The position numbers were made by a program, and so were the translations under genes. From Nibricoccus sp. (GTDB lineage Bacteria > Verrucomicrobiota > Verrucomicrobiia > Opitutales > Opitutaceae), in the NCBI GenBank assembly GCA_047602425.1, contig JASGHG010000001.1, positions 4,384,001 through 4,448,000 of the forward strand: a stretch of DNA of 64,000 nucleotides. Direction: 5' to 3'. Below are positions 17,495 to 28,163 of the stretch, one piece after another; the stretch's first letter is position 1; every line of letters begins with the position of its first letter. The notes beneath the pieces are model-generated. The model was not told where the DNA came from. It searched no databases and saw only the letters and a program-made list of their open reading frames with translations.

Positions 17495-20400
17495 CACTGC
17501 CGTTGCGGCGGCGATTGGCTTGATGACGACGAGTGGATCGCCGGCTTGCACGGGTTTGCCTTCGGCGCAGAGGACCTGTGTGACCTCGCCTGCGCCGGTG
17601 GCGAAGACGGAAATTTCCATTTTCATGGATTCGAGGATGACGAGAGCTTGATCGCGCGTGATGCGGTCGCCGGGCTGGACGTTGATCTTCCAAACGTTGC
17701 CGGGAACCTGTGCGACGATGGCGGTATGGCCTGGCGGGAGCGCGGCATGTTCGGCGGGGCCGGTGGAGGCTTCGCTCTCGGCGGAAAAGTTGAGCTGGCC
17801 GGACGCTTCCCAGCGTTTGCGCTCGGCTTCGAACGATTGCTGCTGGTTCGTCTTGAAGGCGGTGATGGAGGCGGCGTTATCGCGAAGGAATTTCCGATAG
17901 TCGCGCAGGCGAAATGTCTCGTGGTCAATCTTGAGCTTGTAACGGCCGAGCGGGAAATCCTGGCGGAATTTCAACAACTCCTGGGCACTGACCTCGTGGA
18001 ACTTAATCTGGTCAAAGAAGCGCAGCAACCACGGCTTACCGCCAGTGAAGTCAGAGGTTTGCCGCCAGCGGTTCCACATCTGCACGGTGCGGCCGATGAA
18101 CTGATAGCCGCCGGGACCTTCCATGCCATAAACGCACAGGTATGCGCCGCCAATGCCGACGGCGTTCTCGGGCGTCCACGTGCGAGCGGGATTGTATTTC
18201 GTGGTAACGAGGCGGTGACGCGGATCGACAGGCGTGGCGACGGGTGCGCCCAGATAAACGTCGCCAAGGCCGAGAACGAGATAGTTTGCGTCGAAGGCGA
18301 TGCGCTTCACGTCGTCGATGGAGTCGAGGCCGTTGATGCGGCGGATAAATTCGATATTGCTCGGGCACCACGGCGCGTCCTTGCGGACGGTCTGCATGTA
18401 TTTTCGGATGGCGAGGAGTGTGGACTCGTCTTCCCACGAGAGCGGCAAGTGGACGATGCGCGTGGGAACTTCCATATCGTCGAGAGCAGGAAGGTGAACC
18501 TCGGCGTCGATCAATGTCTCCATCAGACGTTCGAGCGGAAGCACGCGGCTGTCGAAGTGAACCTGAAGCGAACGGATGCCGGGAGTGAGATCGAGGATGC
18601 CGGGCGTGTGGCTGTCGACAAGCCAGTCCATCAAGGCGTGAACGCGGAAGCGAAGTTCGAGGTCGAGGACGGCGGGGCCGTATTCGATCAGCAAATACTT
18701 ATCGCCGGCGCGCCGGTAGACGACGGCGGGCAAATCGTCGCGAGGCGGAATGGTGTGGAGGATGGAGGAGGCAGTGGTTGGTAGTTGGTAGTTGGTGGTT
18801 GGTGCGGACGCAGGCGTGGCTTTGGAAGTTTTACCAATTCCCAAATCCCAACGACCAATTGCCCCGGCTCGTTGCCGGCCGGGAATCAAGGTCTCGATCT
18901 GCGCTTCGTGGACCGCTTCGAGTTCGCGGGCCTTGGCGGCGGTGACGGGCCGGAACCGGACTTTGTCGCCAGGCTTAAGCTGGCCGACTTTCCAGAGATC
19001 GGCGGTGATGATCGTCGCGGGGCATACGAAACCGCCGCAGCTCGGGCCGTCGGGACCGAGGATGATCGGCATGTCGCCGGTGAAATCGATCGCGCCGATT
19101 GCGTAGGCGTTATCGTGGATGTTGGACGGATGCAGGCCGGCTTCGCCACCGTCGGTGCGCGCCCAGCGCGGTTTTGGGCCAATCAGGCGGACGCCGGTGC
19201 GGGCGGAGTTGAAGTGAACCTCGTAGGTCGCGGAGAAAAGATCGGCGATGTCTTCGTCTTTGAAAAAATCGGGCGCACCATGCGGACCGTAGAGGACGGC
19301 GATGTCCCATTCGCGGGTATATGTTGGAACGAGGGCGGCCGGGAGTTTGCGGAGCGCGGAGGAGGTAGTTGGTAGTTGGGAGTTGGAAATTGGTGCGGAC
19401 GCAGGCGTAGGCGAAGGGTTTTCACCAATTACTAAAAACGAATTACCAACTACGGTTTGAGCGAAGTGAAGCACGTCGCCAGCGCGCAACGCACGTCCAG
19501 CGTGGCCGCCGAAGAGGCCGAGCGTGAAGGTGGCCTTGCTGCCGAGGTAATCGGGGACATCGAAACCATGCTGAATCGCCAAATAGGCGCGCATGCCGGC
19601 CTCGGTGACTGCACCGACGCGGAGGGTTTGGCCGCGTTTCACGCGGAAGGCGCGCCAGAAAGTCACGGGCTTGTCGTCGAGTGTCGCGGACGTGGCCGCG
19701 CCGGTCAGGGCGACGATGGCAGAAGTGTTGAAGCGGAGCGTGGGACCGCTGAGGGTAATTTCGAGCCCGGCGGCGGAAGCGGGATTGTCGACAAGACGAT
19801 TGGCTAGCCGGAACGCGAGGGCATCCATCGGTCCGGAGGGAGGAACGCCGACATCCCAATGCCCGAGGCGGCCGGGATAGTCCTGCACGGTGGTTTGGGT
19901 TCCGCCGTCGAGAACCTCAATGGTTGGTGCGGAGTAGGGAAGTTTTTCGAGATACCGCGTGGTGACTTTACCGGCGCGGAACCCTTCGGAGGCGAGAATC
20001 TGGCGCAAGTAGAGCAGGTTGGTTTCGAGGCCGGCGACGCGCGTTTCGGCGAGCGCCTGAGCGAGGCGGTTGAGCGCTTCGTCGCGTGTCGAACCGCGCG
20101 AAATCAGTTTCGCGATCATCGGATCGTAGTACGGGCTGACTTCGGAGCCACGCTCGACCCAGGTTTCAGTACGCAAGCTGTGCGGAACGACAAACTCGGT
20201 GAGCACGCCGGTGGCGGGTTGGAAATTTTTGCCAGGATCCTCAGAGTAGAGACGGACTTGGATCGAGGCGCCAAAAGAGCGGCGCTGAAAATTCGTGAGG
20301 TCAAGTTCGCCAGCGGCCTGCTTGACCATCCACTCGACAAGATCGATGCCGGTGACTTCCTCGGTCACGCCGTGCTCGACCTGGAGGCGGGTGTTAACTT

Positions 20401-21262
20401 CGAGAAAATAGAATTTGTTTGTCGCGTCGTCGAAGACGAATTCGACGGTGCCGGCGGACTCGTAGCCGGCGGCGTGGCCGAGTTTCTCGGCGCAAGCAAG
20501 TAGTTCGGCACGGACGTTTTCGGGCAGGCCGGGTGCGGGCGTTTCCTCGATGATCTTTTGGTTGCGACGCTGGATGGAGCATTCGCGCTCGCCGAGGGCG
20601 ACGACGTGGCCGCGTCCATCGCCAAAAATCTGCACTTCGATGTGACGGGCTCGCTCGACGTATTTTTCGAGGAAGAGACCGCTCTCTTTGAAATTGGCGC
20701 GACTGAGGCGATCGACGCGGGCGAACGCGGGTTCGAGCTCAGCGGCGTTCCAACAGAGTTGCATGCCGATGCCACCGCCGCCGGCCGTGCTCTTGAGCAT
20801 GACCGGATAACCGATGCGCTCGGCTTCGCGCAGCGCGGTGGCGACATCGGGCAAAAGTCCAGTGCCGGGAAGAAGCGGAGCGTTTTCTTTTTGCGCGATT
20901 TCGCGGGCGGTGTGCTTCAGGCCGAAGCGACGCATCTGATCGGGTTTCGGGCCGATGAACACGATGCCAGCGGCAGCGCAGGCTTCGGCGAAGCCTGGAT
21001 TTTCCGAGAGAAAACCATAACCAGGATGTATCGCCTGGGCGCCCGTCTGCTTGGCCACCTCAAGGATTTTTTCGATGACGAGATAGCTTTGGGCGGCTGG
21101 CGCAGGACCGATCAGAACAGATTCATCGGCCTCTGCAACGTGGAGCGAGCCGACATCGGCTTCGGAGTACACGGCAACGGACTTGATGCCCATTTTGCGC
21201 AGGGTGCGCTCGATGCGGCAGGCGATGGCACCACGGTTGGCGATGAGGACTTTGGTGAACAC
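17492..21262 (-). CDS. uca: Urea/guanidine carboxylase (biotin-dependent)
   Basis: Biotin carboxylase (IANRGAIA, HPGYGFLSEN, EVNTRLQVEH), carboxyltransferase (GLHPSNIHDNAY, KYNPARTWTPENAVGIGG), biotinyl ESMKME; GTG start. Confidence 0.96.
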   Translation of the reverse strand: MFTKVLIANRGAIACRIERTLRKMGIKSVAVYSEADVGSLHVAEADESVLIGPAPAAQSYLVIEKILEVAKQTGAQAIHPGYGFLSENPGFAEACAAAGIVFIGPKPDQMRRFGLKHTAREIAQKENAPLLPGTGLLPDVATALREAERIGYPVMLKSTAGGGGIGMQLCWNAAELEPAFARVDRLSRANFKESGLFLEKYVERARHIEVQIFGDGRGHVVALGERECSIQRRNQKIIEETPAPGLPENVRAELLACAEKLGHAAGYESAGTVEFVFDDATNKFYFLEVNTRLQVEHGVTEEVTGIDLVEWMVKQAAGELDLTNFQRRSFGASIQVRLYSEDPGKNFQPATGVLTEFVVPHSLRTETWVERGSEVSPYYDPMIAKLISRGSTRDEALNRLAQALAETRVAGLETNLLYLRQILASEGFRAGKVTTRYLEKLPYSAPTIEVLDGGTQTTVQDYPGRLGHWDVGVPPSGPMDALAFRLANRLVDNPASAAGLEITLSGPTLRFNTSAIVALTGAATSATLDDKPVTFWRAFRVKRGQTLRVGAVTEAGMRAYLAIQHGFDVPDYLGSKATFTLGLFGGHAGRALRAGDVLHFAQTVVGNSFLVIGENPSPTPASAPISNSQLPTTSSALRKLPAALVPTYTREWDIAVLYGPHGAPDFFKDEDIADLFSATYEVHFNSARTGVRLIGPKPRWARTDGGEAGLHPSNIHDNAYAIGAIDFTGDMPIILGPDGPSCGGFVCPATIITADLWKVGQLKPGDKVRFRPVTAAKARELEAVHEAQIETLIPGRQRAGAIGRWDLGIGKTSKATPASAPTTNYQLPTTASSILHTIPPRDDLPAVVYRRAGDKYLLIEYGPAVLDLELRFRVHALMDWLVDSHTPGILDLTPGIRSLQVHFDSRVLPLERLMETLIDAEVHLPALDDMEVPTRIVHLPLSWEDESTLLAIRKYMQTVRKDAPWCPSNIEFIRRINGLDSIDDVKRIAFDANYLVLGLGDVYLGAPVATPVDPRHRLVTTKYNPARTWTPENAVGIGGAYLCVYGMEGPGGYQFIGRTVQMWNRWRQTSDFTGGKPWLLRFFDQIKFHEVSAQELLKFRQDFPLGRYKLKIDHETFRLRDYRKFLRDNAASITAFKTNQQQSFEAERKRWEASGQLNFSAESEASTGPAEHAALPPGHTAIVAQVPGNVWKINVQPGDRITRDQALVILESMKMEISVFATGAGEVTQVLCAEGKPVQAGDPLVVIKPIAAATAV
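18772..18862. repeat. In-frame heptamer-hairpin insertion in uca (copy 1)
   Basis: GTGGTTG GTAGTTG GTAGTTG GTGGTT-GGTGCGGACGCAGGCGT-...-CCAATTC CCAAATC CCAACGA CCAATTG. Confidence 0.75.
19364..19453. repeat. In-frame heptamer-hairpin insertion in uca (copy 2)
   Basis: GTAGTTG GTAGTTG GGAGTTG GAAATT-GGTGCGGACGCAGGCGT-...-CCAATTA CTAAAAA CGAATTA CCAACTAC. Confidence 0.75.
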
Positions 21263-21267
21263 GGGAA

Positions 21268-21299
21268 AGTAGTTGGTAGTTTGTAGTTGGTAATTGGTA
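21268..21299. repeat. Left heptamer arm flanking the four-helix-bundle gene
   Basis: GTAGTTG GTAGTTT GTAGTTG GTAATTG GT. Confidence 0.8.
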
Positions 21300-21359
21300 C
21301 GGGGATGCTCAATCTTTTGTTGCTCTCGTGCATTGGTGCAGGCTTCCTATAAATCCACT

Positions 21360-21737
21360 ATGGCGACTTTTGTATTGGATGAACTGAGGGTTTACCGCAT
21401 GGCGGAGGAATTGGCGGACGCGACGTGGGATTTGATTGGTGATTGGGCTCCGTTTGCTAAGGAAACCGTTGGCAAGCAGCTGGTGCGCGCGGCCGATAGC
21501 GTCGGTGCAAACATCGCCGAGGGTTACGGACGAGCGTCGCCGGCCGACAATCAACGTTTCGTGAGAATGGCACGCGGATCTCTTTACGAAGTTAGGCATT
21601 TTCTGCGCCGAGCGGATAAGCGAGGGCTGGTGGATAAGACGTCGAAGCAGGCATTGCAGAAAGTTCTCAGTGAATTGCTCCCGGGATTGAATGCATACCT
21701 TCGTTCCCTGCGAAATGGCGGGGATGGTGACAAATAG
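21360..21737 (+). CDS. Four helix bundle protein (23S rRNA IVS protein / Avd-like family), antisense to the operon
   Basis: ELRVYRMAEEL, KQLVRAADSVGANIAEGYGR, RFVRMARGSLYE. Confidence 0.9.
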   Translation: MATFVLDELRVYRMAEELADATWDLIGDWAPFAKETVGKQLVRAADSVGANIAEGYGRASPADNQRFVRMARGSLYEVRHFLRRADKRGLVDKTSKQALQKVLSELLPGLNAYLRSLRNGGDGDK

Positions 21738-21768
21738 GAATTTTACGGAGGTGCACACAGGTGTTTCG

Positions 21769-21797
21769 ACCAACTACCAAATACAAACTACTAACTC
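21769..21797. repeat. Right (inverted) heptamer arm flanking the four-helix-bundle gene
   Basis: ACCAACT ACCAAAT ACAAACT ACTAACT. Confidence 0.8.
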
Positions 21798-21798
21798 C

Positions 21799-22491
21799 TC
21801 AATCCGACGCATGGGAGGGCTTGGCATTCCAAACCAAAACTTCGATTGGCGTCGGGTTGTAGGCGTTGCAGGGGTTGTTGAGTTGGGGGCAATTTGAGAT
21901 GAGGCAGATGACGTCGCGTTCGGCGCGGAGCTCGACGTAACGGCCCGGCCCTGAAACGCCGTCTTCGAACGTGAGGCGACCGTCGGGCGTGACGGGGACG
22001 TTCATGAAGAAGTTGATGTTGCAGGTGATGTCGCGTTTGCCCCAGTCATGTTTTTCGAGATGGAAACTGTGGCATGAGCAGGAAATTTCCTGGGCGCCGC
22101 GAATAAAACTGTCGCGGCAGGCGTGCATGTGCTCCTTTTCAAGGGCGTAGCGCATGGTGTTGCTTTCGCGCGAGCAGGCGCCGCCGAGCGTGTCGTGGCG
22201 ACCGCAGGTGTCGGCAACGATAGTGAGGAGCGCGTCGCCTTCGGTGGAAACGAGGCGCGTTCCGGTTGTGAGGTAGAGAGCACCTTGGTGACGAATCGTA
22301 TCGGAGGCGCTGTAGCGGTTGGCTGGTTCGTGTGCGTCGTAGAAAAGTGTGTCGGCCGCCTGATTTCCCTCGAGATCGACGATGCGGAGGGTTTGGCCCT
22401 TTTTAACGACGTAGGAAAAATAGTCGCCGGCGAGCACGACCTTACGGAATGCCGCGGTGGATGGGTCGAGTTTGCTTTCGGTGAGGGTCAT
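21799..22491 (-). CDS. cgdB: Urea carboxylase-associated protein 1 (DUF1989), carboxyguanidine deiminase subunit B
   Basis: [54 protein letters not shown]. Confidence 0.88.
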   Translation of the reverse strand: MTLTESKLDPSTAAFRKVVLAGDYFSYVVKKGQTLRIVDLEGNQAADTLFYDAHEPANRYSASDTIRHQGALYLTTGTRLVSTEGDALLTIVADTCGRHDTLGGACSRESNTMRYALEKEHMHACRDSFIRGAQEISCSCHSFHLEKHDWGKRDITCNINFFMNVPVTPDGRLTFEDGVSGPGRYVELRAERDVICLISNCPQLNNPCNAYNPTPIEVLVWNAKPSHASD

Positions 22492-22558
22492 GGGAGGCGG
22501 TGTCTCGCGAAGATACGAAGGGGGCGAAGGAGGAGTTGATAATCAATCCGAAGAAAGG

Positions 22559-23281
22559 TTAGGAGCTTAGCGCGTAGTAGTTCTCGGTGTTGAGGAAAGC
22601 TCGGGCGTTTTCCGGGCGGGAGTTGCGGCACGGGTCGTCCGCGGTGGGCGGTGGTGTGGCGAAGATTTCTACCTTCACGTTGCGCGGGTGGTAGACGGGA
22701 TCTGGATCGAGCGGGTGCTGACAGGTGTTGAGCACGACGAGCGTGTTCATCTCGAAACGGAGATCGACGGAGCCGCCGGCTTTCGAGTGGTCCGAGACGA
22801 AGGAGAGTTTGCCGGAGTCGTCGGCGACAACTTTGGAAAATAGATTAAGGTTCGGCACGAGATCGCGTTTGCCGAGACCATGCTTGGCGAGTTCGATGAG
22901 GAAGCAGTCACGGCCGTTGCGGAAAAATTCGTTTCGAGAGGTCTGGTAGTTTTTGTCGCCGTATTTTTGGGCGACGAGGTTGGCGTCGGAGCAGCCGCAA
23001 ACGGTGTCGTGCCAGCCGGCGGAATCGGCGACGATCGATGCGAGGACACGTCCCATGTCGGAATGCAGACAATACGGTGCGCGGACATGGAAGATATGCT
23101 GGCCCTTGAGCGTATCAGGCATGTTGTACCGTTCGGTTGGTTGGTCGGCGTTGTAGAGAAGCAGGCCAACGTTCGCACCGCCTTCGAGATCGGTGAGACG
23201 CAGAGTCTTGCCGCGAGAAATCACGCCCGACCACATGCCGGCGTGGTGGAGTTGCTTGGTGAGGAGTGGGGCGGAGATCAT
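22559..23281 (-). CDS. cgdA: Urea carboxylase-associated protein 2 (DUF1989), carboxyguanidine deiminase subunit A
   Basis: [48 protein letters not shown]. Confidence 0.88.
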   Translation of the reverse strand: MISAPLLTKQLHHAGMWSGVISRGKTLRLTDLEGGANVGLLLYNADQPTERYNMPDTLKGQHIFHVRAPYCLHSDMGRVLASIVADSAGWHDTVCGCSDANLVAQKYGDKNYQTSRNEFFRNGRDCFLIELAKHGLGKRDLVPNLNLFSKVVADDSGKLSFVSDHSKAGGSVDLRFEMNTLVVLNTCQHPLDPDPVYHPRNVKVEIFATPPPTADDPCRNSRPENARAFLNTENYYALSS

Positions 23282-23286
23282 TGGCG

Positions 23287-23330
23287 GTATTACGAAATTA
23301 ATGAAAAGTGTTACTGCAAGGATCGTGCCG
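23287..23330 (-). promoter_or_regulatory. Sigma54 promoter with abutting GTATTAC-N14-GTGTTAC operator upstream of cgdA
   Basis: Minus strand CGGCACGATCCTTGCA (GG-N10-GC, 23330-23315); half-sites at 23287-23293 and 23308-23314. Confidence 0.75.
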
Positions 23331-23377
23331 ATTCCTCAGGACGGGTGAAAATTGCCACTGCTTTGTGCTCGGATTGT

Positions 23378-23878
23378 CTACCGAAGGGGTGGAATGGCGG
23401 CGGCGGTGAGATTGAGCCGGCCATTTTTCACGCCTTTGCACGTGACGAGCTCGTCGGTCAGTTTGCGCAGTTCGTTTGCCGGCCCCTGAACGAGGAGAAC
23501 TTCGAGGTAGTTGTGATGTTCCAAGTGTACGTGCATACTGGATACAATCAGCAAGTAGTAGCGGTGTTGGATTTCCGCGAGGCGCGCCTGGAGATCTTTT
23601 TTTCGATAGTCGTAAACGAGGCTGACCGTGCCGGCGACAGAACCGGTGCCGATTTCGCTGGCAAACTCGACCAAACCGTCGCGAGCGAGCGCAGCCACAG
23701 CTTGCGAGCGACTCTGAAAGCCACGACTTGCCACCATGGCGTCGAGCTCGTCGAGCAGGCTTTCAGGAAGCGAAATGCTGAAGCGGGCGACTTTGTCGGA
23801 GCGGGCAGCTGCGACCGGCGAATCCGTTGAAGGATTCGCCGCTGTGGGCAGAGTTGAGTTTCTAGAAGAGGCGGGCAT
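23378..23878 (-). CDS. NikR-family ribbon-helix-helix regulator lacking the nickel-ligand Cys
   Basis: [17 protein letters not shown]...[18 protein letters not shown]...[20 protein letters not shown]. Confidence 0.85.
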   Translation of the reverse strand: MPASSRNSTLPTAANPSTDSPVAAARSDKVARFSISLPESLLDELDAMVASRGFQSRSQAVAALARDGLVEFASEIGTGSVAGTVSLVYDYRKKDLQARLAEIQHRYYLLIVSSMHVHLEHHNYLEVLLVQGPANELRKLTDELVTCKGVKNGRLNLTAAAIPPLR

Positions 23879-25223
23879 AACGATCGACTTCCCACTGGCT
23901 GACAGTGAGGTGGTAGGCGCGCCATTCCTCGGATTTGTAGGTGATAAACTCGTCGCGCAATTCCTGGCCGAGCGTTTTGGCGATAAACGGATCGGCGGCG
24001 AAAAGCTCCACGGCTTCCTCCAAGTCGCGTGGCAGATAGGAAATGTTTCGTTTGGCTAGTTCGGTTTCAGGAAGTTCATAGAGGTTCTCCTCCTGGGGTG
24101 AGCCCGGATCGAGTTTTTCGCGGACGCCTTCCAGGCCGGCGGCGAGCAGCAGCGTCGCGGCGAGGTAGGGGTTGCAGGCGGAGTCGGCATTGCGGCTTTC
24201 GCAGCGGCCTCCGCCCATAGGCACGCGAATGGAGTTGGTGCGATTGTTGGTGCCGAAGCTGTTGAAGACTGGCGCCCATGAATAGTAACTCATCGCACCG
24301 CGGCGAACGAGGCGTTTGTAACTGTTGACCGTCGGAGCGAGCGCCGCACAGATCGAGCGACCGTGGCGAATGACGCCGGCGATGAATGAGTAGGCGAGCG
24401 GCGTGAGTCCTAGGCCGCGCGGGTCTTCCTTTGGATCGCACTTGAATGCGTTTTTTCCCGAGGCGAGCTCGTAGAGCGACATGTTGAAATGGGCGCCGTT
24501 ACCGGTTTTGTCGGCGAAGGGCTTGGGCATGAACGTGGCGAGCAGGCCCTCCTCGGAAGCAAACTGCTTCGCCATCATGCGGAAAAAGACGTAGCGGTCG
24601 CACATGGTTAGGGCGTCGGCATATTTGAAATCGAACTCGAACTGCGAAGGCGCATCCTCGTGGTCGAGCGAATAAAGGTCCCAGCCGAGGTTGTTGATCG
24701 CGGTCGAAACCTTGTCGAGCCAGGTGTAGCGATCCATGAAGCGCTTGATGTCGTAGCAGCTCTTCACGAGGTTGTCGTCGGAGTTGGGAATCGAGAGCTT
24801 GCCATCGTCACCGTGCTTCACGACGAAGACCTCACACTCGATGCCGAGGTTGAAACCGAGTCCGAGCTTGGCGGCGTCGGCGAGGACGTTTTTCAGCGCG
24901 ACCCGTGTGTTGATAGGATATGGTTCGTCGTGGAAGGTGTTATCGGCGGGAAACCAGGCGACTTCGGATTTCCACGGCAAAATGATACCACGATCGAGAT
25001 CGGGGAGGGAGGCGATTTCGTCGTCGTTTGGGCGCTGGCCCAAGCCATCGAGCGCGTAGCCGGTGTAAAGCTCGGACCCGTGCGCAAAGTGGAGGAAATG
25101 ATCGATGGGCACGAATTTGCCCTTCGGAATGCCGTGAATATCAGTGTAGGCGCCGACGCAATATTTGACGCCCTTGGCTTTGAGTTCGGCCTGAAGTTTA
25201 AGAATGTCGGAATCGGATTTCAT
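23862..25223 (-). CDS. Type III glutamate-ammonia ligase (GlnT / gamma-glutamylmethylamide synthetase-like)
   Basis: [66 protein letters not shown]. Confidence 0.85.
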   Translation of the reverse strand: MKSDSDILKLQAELKAKGVKYCVGAYTDIHGIPKGKFVPIDHFLHFAHGSELYTGYALDGLGQRPNDDEIASLPDLDRGIILPWKSEVAWFPADNTFHDEPYPINTRVALKNVLADAAKLGLGFNLGIECEVFVVKHGDDGKLSIPNSDDNLVKSCYDIKRFMDRYTWLDKVSTAINNLGWDLYSLDHEDAPSQFEFDFKYADALTMCDRYVFFRMMAKQFASEEGLLATFMPKPFADKTGNGAHFNMSLYELASGKNAFKCDPKEDPRGLGLTPLAYSFIAGVIRHGRSICAALAPTVNSYKRLVRRGAMSYYSWAPVFNSFGTNNRTNSIRVPMGGGRCESRNADSACNPYLAATLLLAAGLEGVREKLDPGSPQEENLYELPETELAKRNISYLPRDLEEAVELFAADPFIAKTLGQELRDEFITYKSEEWRAYHLTVSQWEVDRYARLF

Positions 25224-25285
25224 TTATGAAAAGATAAAGGGTTGTTGGCGATGGGTGATGGGTCCTGTTACTGGCTATTCTCTTT

Positions 25286-26101
25286 TCATAAATGCGAAGG
25301 CGACTGGCCGCTGGCGGACGGAAAATAAGGCACGTCGAGTGGAGAACGTTCGCGCATGCCGCGGCGGACGAGCTTGGCGAGATCGGTGACGAGCCAACGA
25401 AGAAGGCGCTGGCCTTTGGCCTGGGTTGCGCGGCTGGGAAAGCCCGTAACGCCATTGGCACTGGTGCGGTTGACTGGGTGGGCAAAAACGAGACCGCCGG
25501 TGCGGTCAGGATCGTCGGATTTTTTCAGAAGGCGGGGACGGAGGATTTCCGGCGCAGCCGCGAGCATGAGGGCGGTTTCGGCGGCGTTGGCGTGCCAATC
25601 TGCAGCGTCGGAAAAAAACTCACGTCTAACGCGCGGGCTGGCCTCCGCGGCATTGATCACCGCGATCATGAAGCCGTCGTGGCGGCTCCGCAGAATTTCG
25701 AGCGCGCAGCGAAGCGGTGCGTGGTTCGTGACGTGAGTGTTGAGTAAAAAAAGGCGGCGGAAACCCGCGGCAAAGAGCCAGTCGCCGATGTCAGTCACAA
25801 GTGAAATCAGCGTCTGTGGCTGCAGCGCCAGCGTGCCGGGCCAGCGATGCGAATGTCCCAGAGAGCAGCCGTAGTGCAGCGTCGGCAGGACAGGAACGCG
25901 GGTCGTGGCAGAAACGGCTTCGCCCAGAATGGTCGCCAGGGAAGCATCCATGCCGGTGCCGAGGTGCGGACCATGCTGCTCGGTGGCGCCGCAGGGCAGG
26001 ATCACGCCGTCGACGCCGCTGGCGTGCAATGCAGCGATCTCGGGCCAGGTTAGTTTGTCCCAGGCGAGCGGTTTTGGCGAAGACTGTTTTTTGCGCGGCA
26101 T
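25286..26101 (-). CDS. Creatininase-family amidohydrolase
   Basis: LPCGATEQHGPHLGTGMD, YGCSLGH..WPGTL, NTHVTN, DWHANAAET. Confidence 0.88.
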   Translation of the reverse strand: MPRKKQSSPKPLAWDKLTWPEIAALHASGVDGVILPCGATEQHGPHLGTGMDASLATILGEAVSATTRVPVLPTLHYGCSLGHSHRWPGTLALQPQTLISLVTDIGDWLFAAGFRRLFLLNTHVTNHAPLRCALEILRSRHDGFMIAVINAAEASPRVRREFFSDAADWHANAAETALMLAAAPEILRPRLLKKSDDPDRTGGLVFAHPVNRTSANGVTGFPSRATQAKGQRLLRWLVTDLAKLVRRGMRERSPLDVPYFPSASGQSPSHL

Positions 26102-26103
26102 AG

Positions 26104-27021
26104 TTATTCAACGTCGTCGCCGACCTGGGTCAGACGCACGATGGGAAGTCTTTCGATTTCGGCGCTGTGGACGTCCGTTTTGGGGTGGATCAATTCGTCC
26201 AACCGCCTCCGGGTGGCGAGGAACTCCGGCGAATTCACCTGCGCCAGATTGCGAGGCCGGGGCACGGGCACTTCGATGATTTCCTGAACTTCGCCGGGAT
26301 TGGCCTTGAGCACGAGAATGCGATCGGCGAGGAGCACGGCTTCATCGAGATCGTGCGTGATGAAGAGGATGGTGACGTCGACATTGCGCCAGATTTCGAG
26401 CAAGTGCGTCTGCATCTGCGCGCGCGTCTGGGCATCGAGCGCGCCGAACGGTTCGTCCATCAGGAGGATTCGTGGATTGGCGGCCAGCGCACGCGCGATG
26501 GCGGTGCGCTGCTTCATGCCGCCGGAGAGCTGGGCTGGGTAGGCATTTTCGAACCTTGAAAGACCGACAAGCTCGATCCACTGACGCGCTTCGCTGGAGG
26601 CCTGCGTGCGTTCCATGCCCTGCATCTGCAAGCCGAACATCACATTTTCCGCAACCGTGCGCCAGGGGAAAAGCGTGTAGCCCTGGAAGACCATGCCGCG
26701 ATCGGGGCCGGGGCCGTGGACCTCCTTGCCGTCGAGCAGCATGCGACCGGAAGTCGGATAATCGAGGCCGGCGACCATGCGGATGAGCGTGGACTTGCCG
26801 CAGCCGGAGGGGCCGATCACGCAGAGAAATTCGCGGCGGTGGACTTTGAACGACACATCGCGCAAGGCGGTGACCGGGCCATTTTCGCCCTCGAACGACC
26901 GGCCGAGTTGCTGCACATCGAGGACGACGGGGCGTTCCTTGAGCTTGCGAAAACGTTCCGCGACGGCAGACGATTGCGTGCGATAGTCGGGAAGGCTGGA
27001 AATTTCGGTCGCGGAAGTCAC
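26104..27021 (-). CDS. ABC transporter ATP-binding protein (TauB/SsuB-like)
   Basis: [32 protein letters not shown]. Confidence 0.93.
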   Translation of the reverse strand: MTSATEISSLPDYRTQSSAVAERFRKLKERPVVLDVQQLGRSFEGENGPVTALRDVSFKVHRREFLCVIGPSGCGKSTLIRMVAGLDYPTSGRMLLDGKEVHGPGPDRGMVFQGYTLFPWRTVAENVMFGLQMQGMERTQASSEARQWIELVGLSRFENAYPAQLSGGMKQRTAIARALAANPRILLMDEPFGALDAQTRAQMQTHLLEIWRNVDVTILFITHDLDEAVLLADRILVLKANPGEVQEIIEVPVPRPRNLAQVNSPEFLATRRRLDELIHPKTDVHSAEIERLPIVRLTQVGDDVE

Positions 27022-28070
27022 TTGGTAAGAATGGGCTTGTAAGGTGGAATTTTAATCAGCGGCGTGGCGTAACGATCGGTGACGAGACGGACGAAATACG
27101 TGCGCAGACGGCTGGGGCGCGGATTTTTCCACGCGAAAACGCGAACTCCGATAAAGGCGAGTACCTGATCGGTGAGCAGGCCGATGACGCCAATGATCAC
27201 GATGGCGGCATAAACGTTGTCGAAGTTGCGGTACTTGGCCTGCTGATTGATGAAGAAAGTGATTCCCGAACTAACGCCTACCACCTCCGCAACGATCAGG
27301 TAGGTCCAAGCCCACCCCAGCAGAATGCGCAGGTCGTTATAGAGATCAGGGAGGCTGGCGGGGACAATGACGCGCCAGACGAGTTGCCGGCGTCTCGCTC
27401 CGAGTGTCTGCGCAGCCTCGATCAGGCTGATCTCGGTTTTTCGCACCGTATTTGAAACTACGAGGACCTGCTGGAAGAAAGTTCCGATGACAATGATGGC
27501 GACCTTGGGTTCGAGATGGATGCCGAAGATGGCGACCATGAGCGCTCCGAAGGCCGGAGCTGGCATATACCGGATGAAATCGACAAAAGGCTCGGTGAGA
27601 CGGGCGATCGCAGGATGCGCACCGCAAAAAATCCCAAGCGGCACACCGATCAGCGAAGAGATGACGAAGCCCCAGAAGATGGTCTTGATGCTCATCCAAA
27701 GACTCTCATGCAACCAAAGGTCGCCACGCAGAACCGGCTTGGTGGTGAACGCGGTGTAAAGCGCCCGGGCGACGGCGTGCGGAGCGGGAAGAAAAATCGG
27801 ATTTGCGCGCGTGCCCGTGGGAAGGTTTCCGCCCTCGGACTGCAAGCGCGTTGCTTCCTTGGTGAAATCGGCTCGAGGAATAAGCAAGCCCGGGCGAAAC
27901 CAGGAGACATCGCCAGGCGAATCCACTTTCACCATCGGGTGCCAGATGAACGGCACATAGCTCACGATGCACCAGAGCGCCAGGGGTAGCAAAAACGCCA
28001 GCACGCCGAGCACCATGCGGCGGCGGGGTGTGAGGTCTTTGCGGACCGAAAGCCAGCTCTGTTTAGGCAT
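27018..28070 (-). CDS. ABC transporter permease (TauC/SsuC-like)
   Basis: [35 protein letters not shown]; start chosen at MPKQSW. Confidence 0.9.
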   Translation of the reverse strand: MPKQSWLSVRKDLTPRRRMVLGVLAFLLPLALWCIVSYVPFIWHPMVKVDSPGDVSWFRPGLLIPRADFTKEATRLQSEGGNLPTGTRANPIFLPAPHAVARALYTAFTTKPVLRGDLWLHESLWMSIKTIFWGFVISSLIGVPLGIFCGAHPAIARLTEPFVDFIRYMPAPAFGALMVAIFGIHLEPKVAIIVIGTFFQQVLVVSNTVRKTEISLIEAAQTLGARRRQLVWRVIVPASLPDLYNDLRILLGWAWTYLIVAEVVGVSSGITFFINQQAKYRNFDNVYAAIVIIGVIGLLTDQVLAFIGVRVFAWKNPRPSRLRTYFVRLVTDRYATPLIKIPPYKPILTK

Positions 28071-28163
28071 GACGTGGAATTTTGGATACAACCCAGCCCT
28101 GCGCCGGGCCATTGGCTGCCCGGCGGGGCGAAGAAGACGGAGGGGTTTACGAAGGGCGGGTGA

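Noticed and set aside
21360..21737. Diversity-generating retroelement (Avd-like gene)
   Set aside because: No reverse transcriptase and no TR/VR pair with adenine-specific mismatches seen in the window
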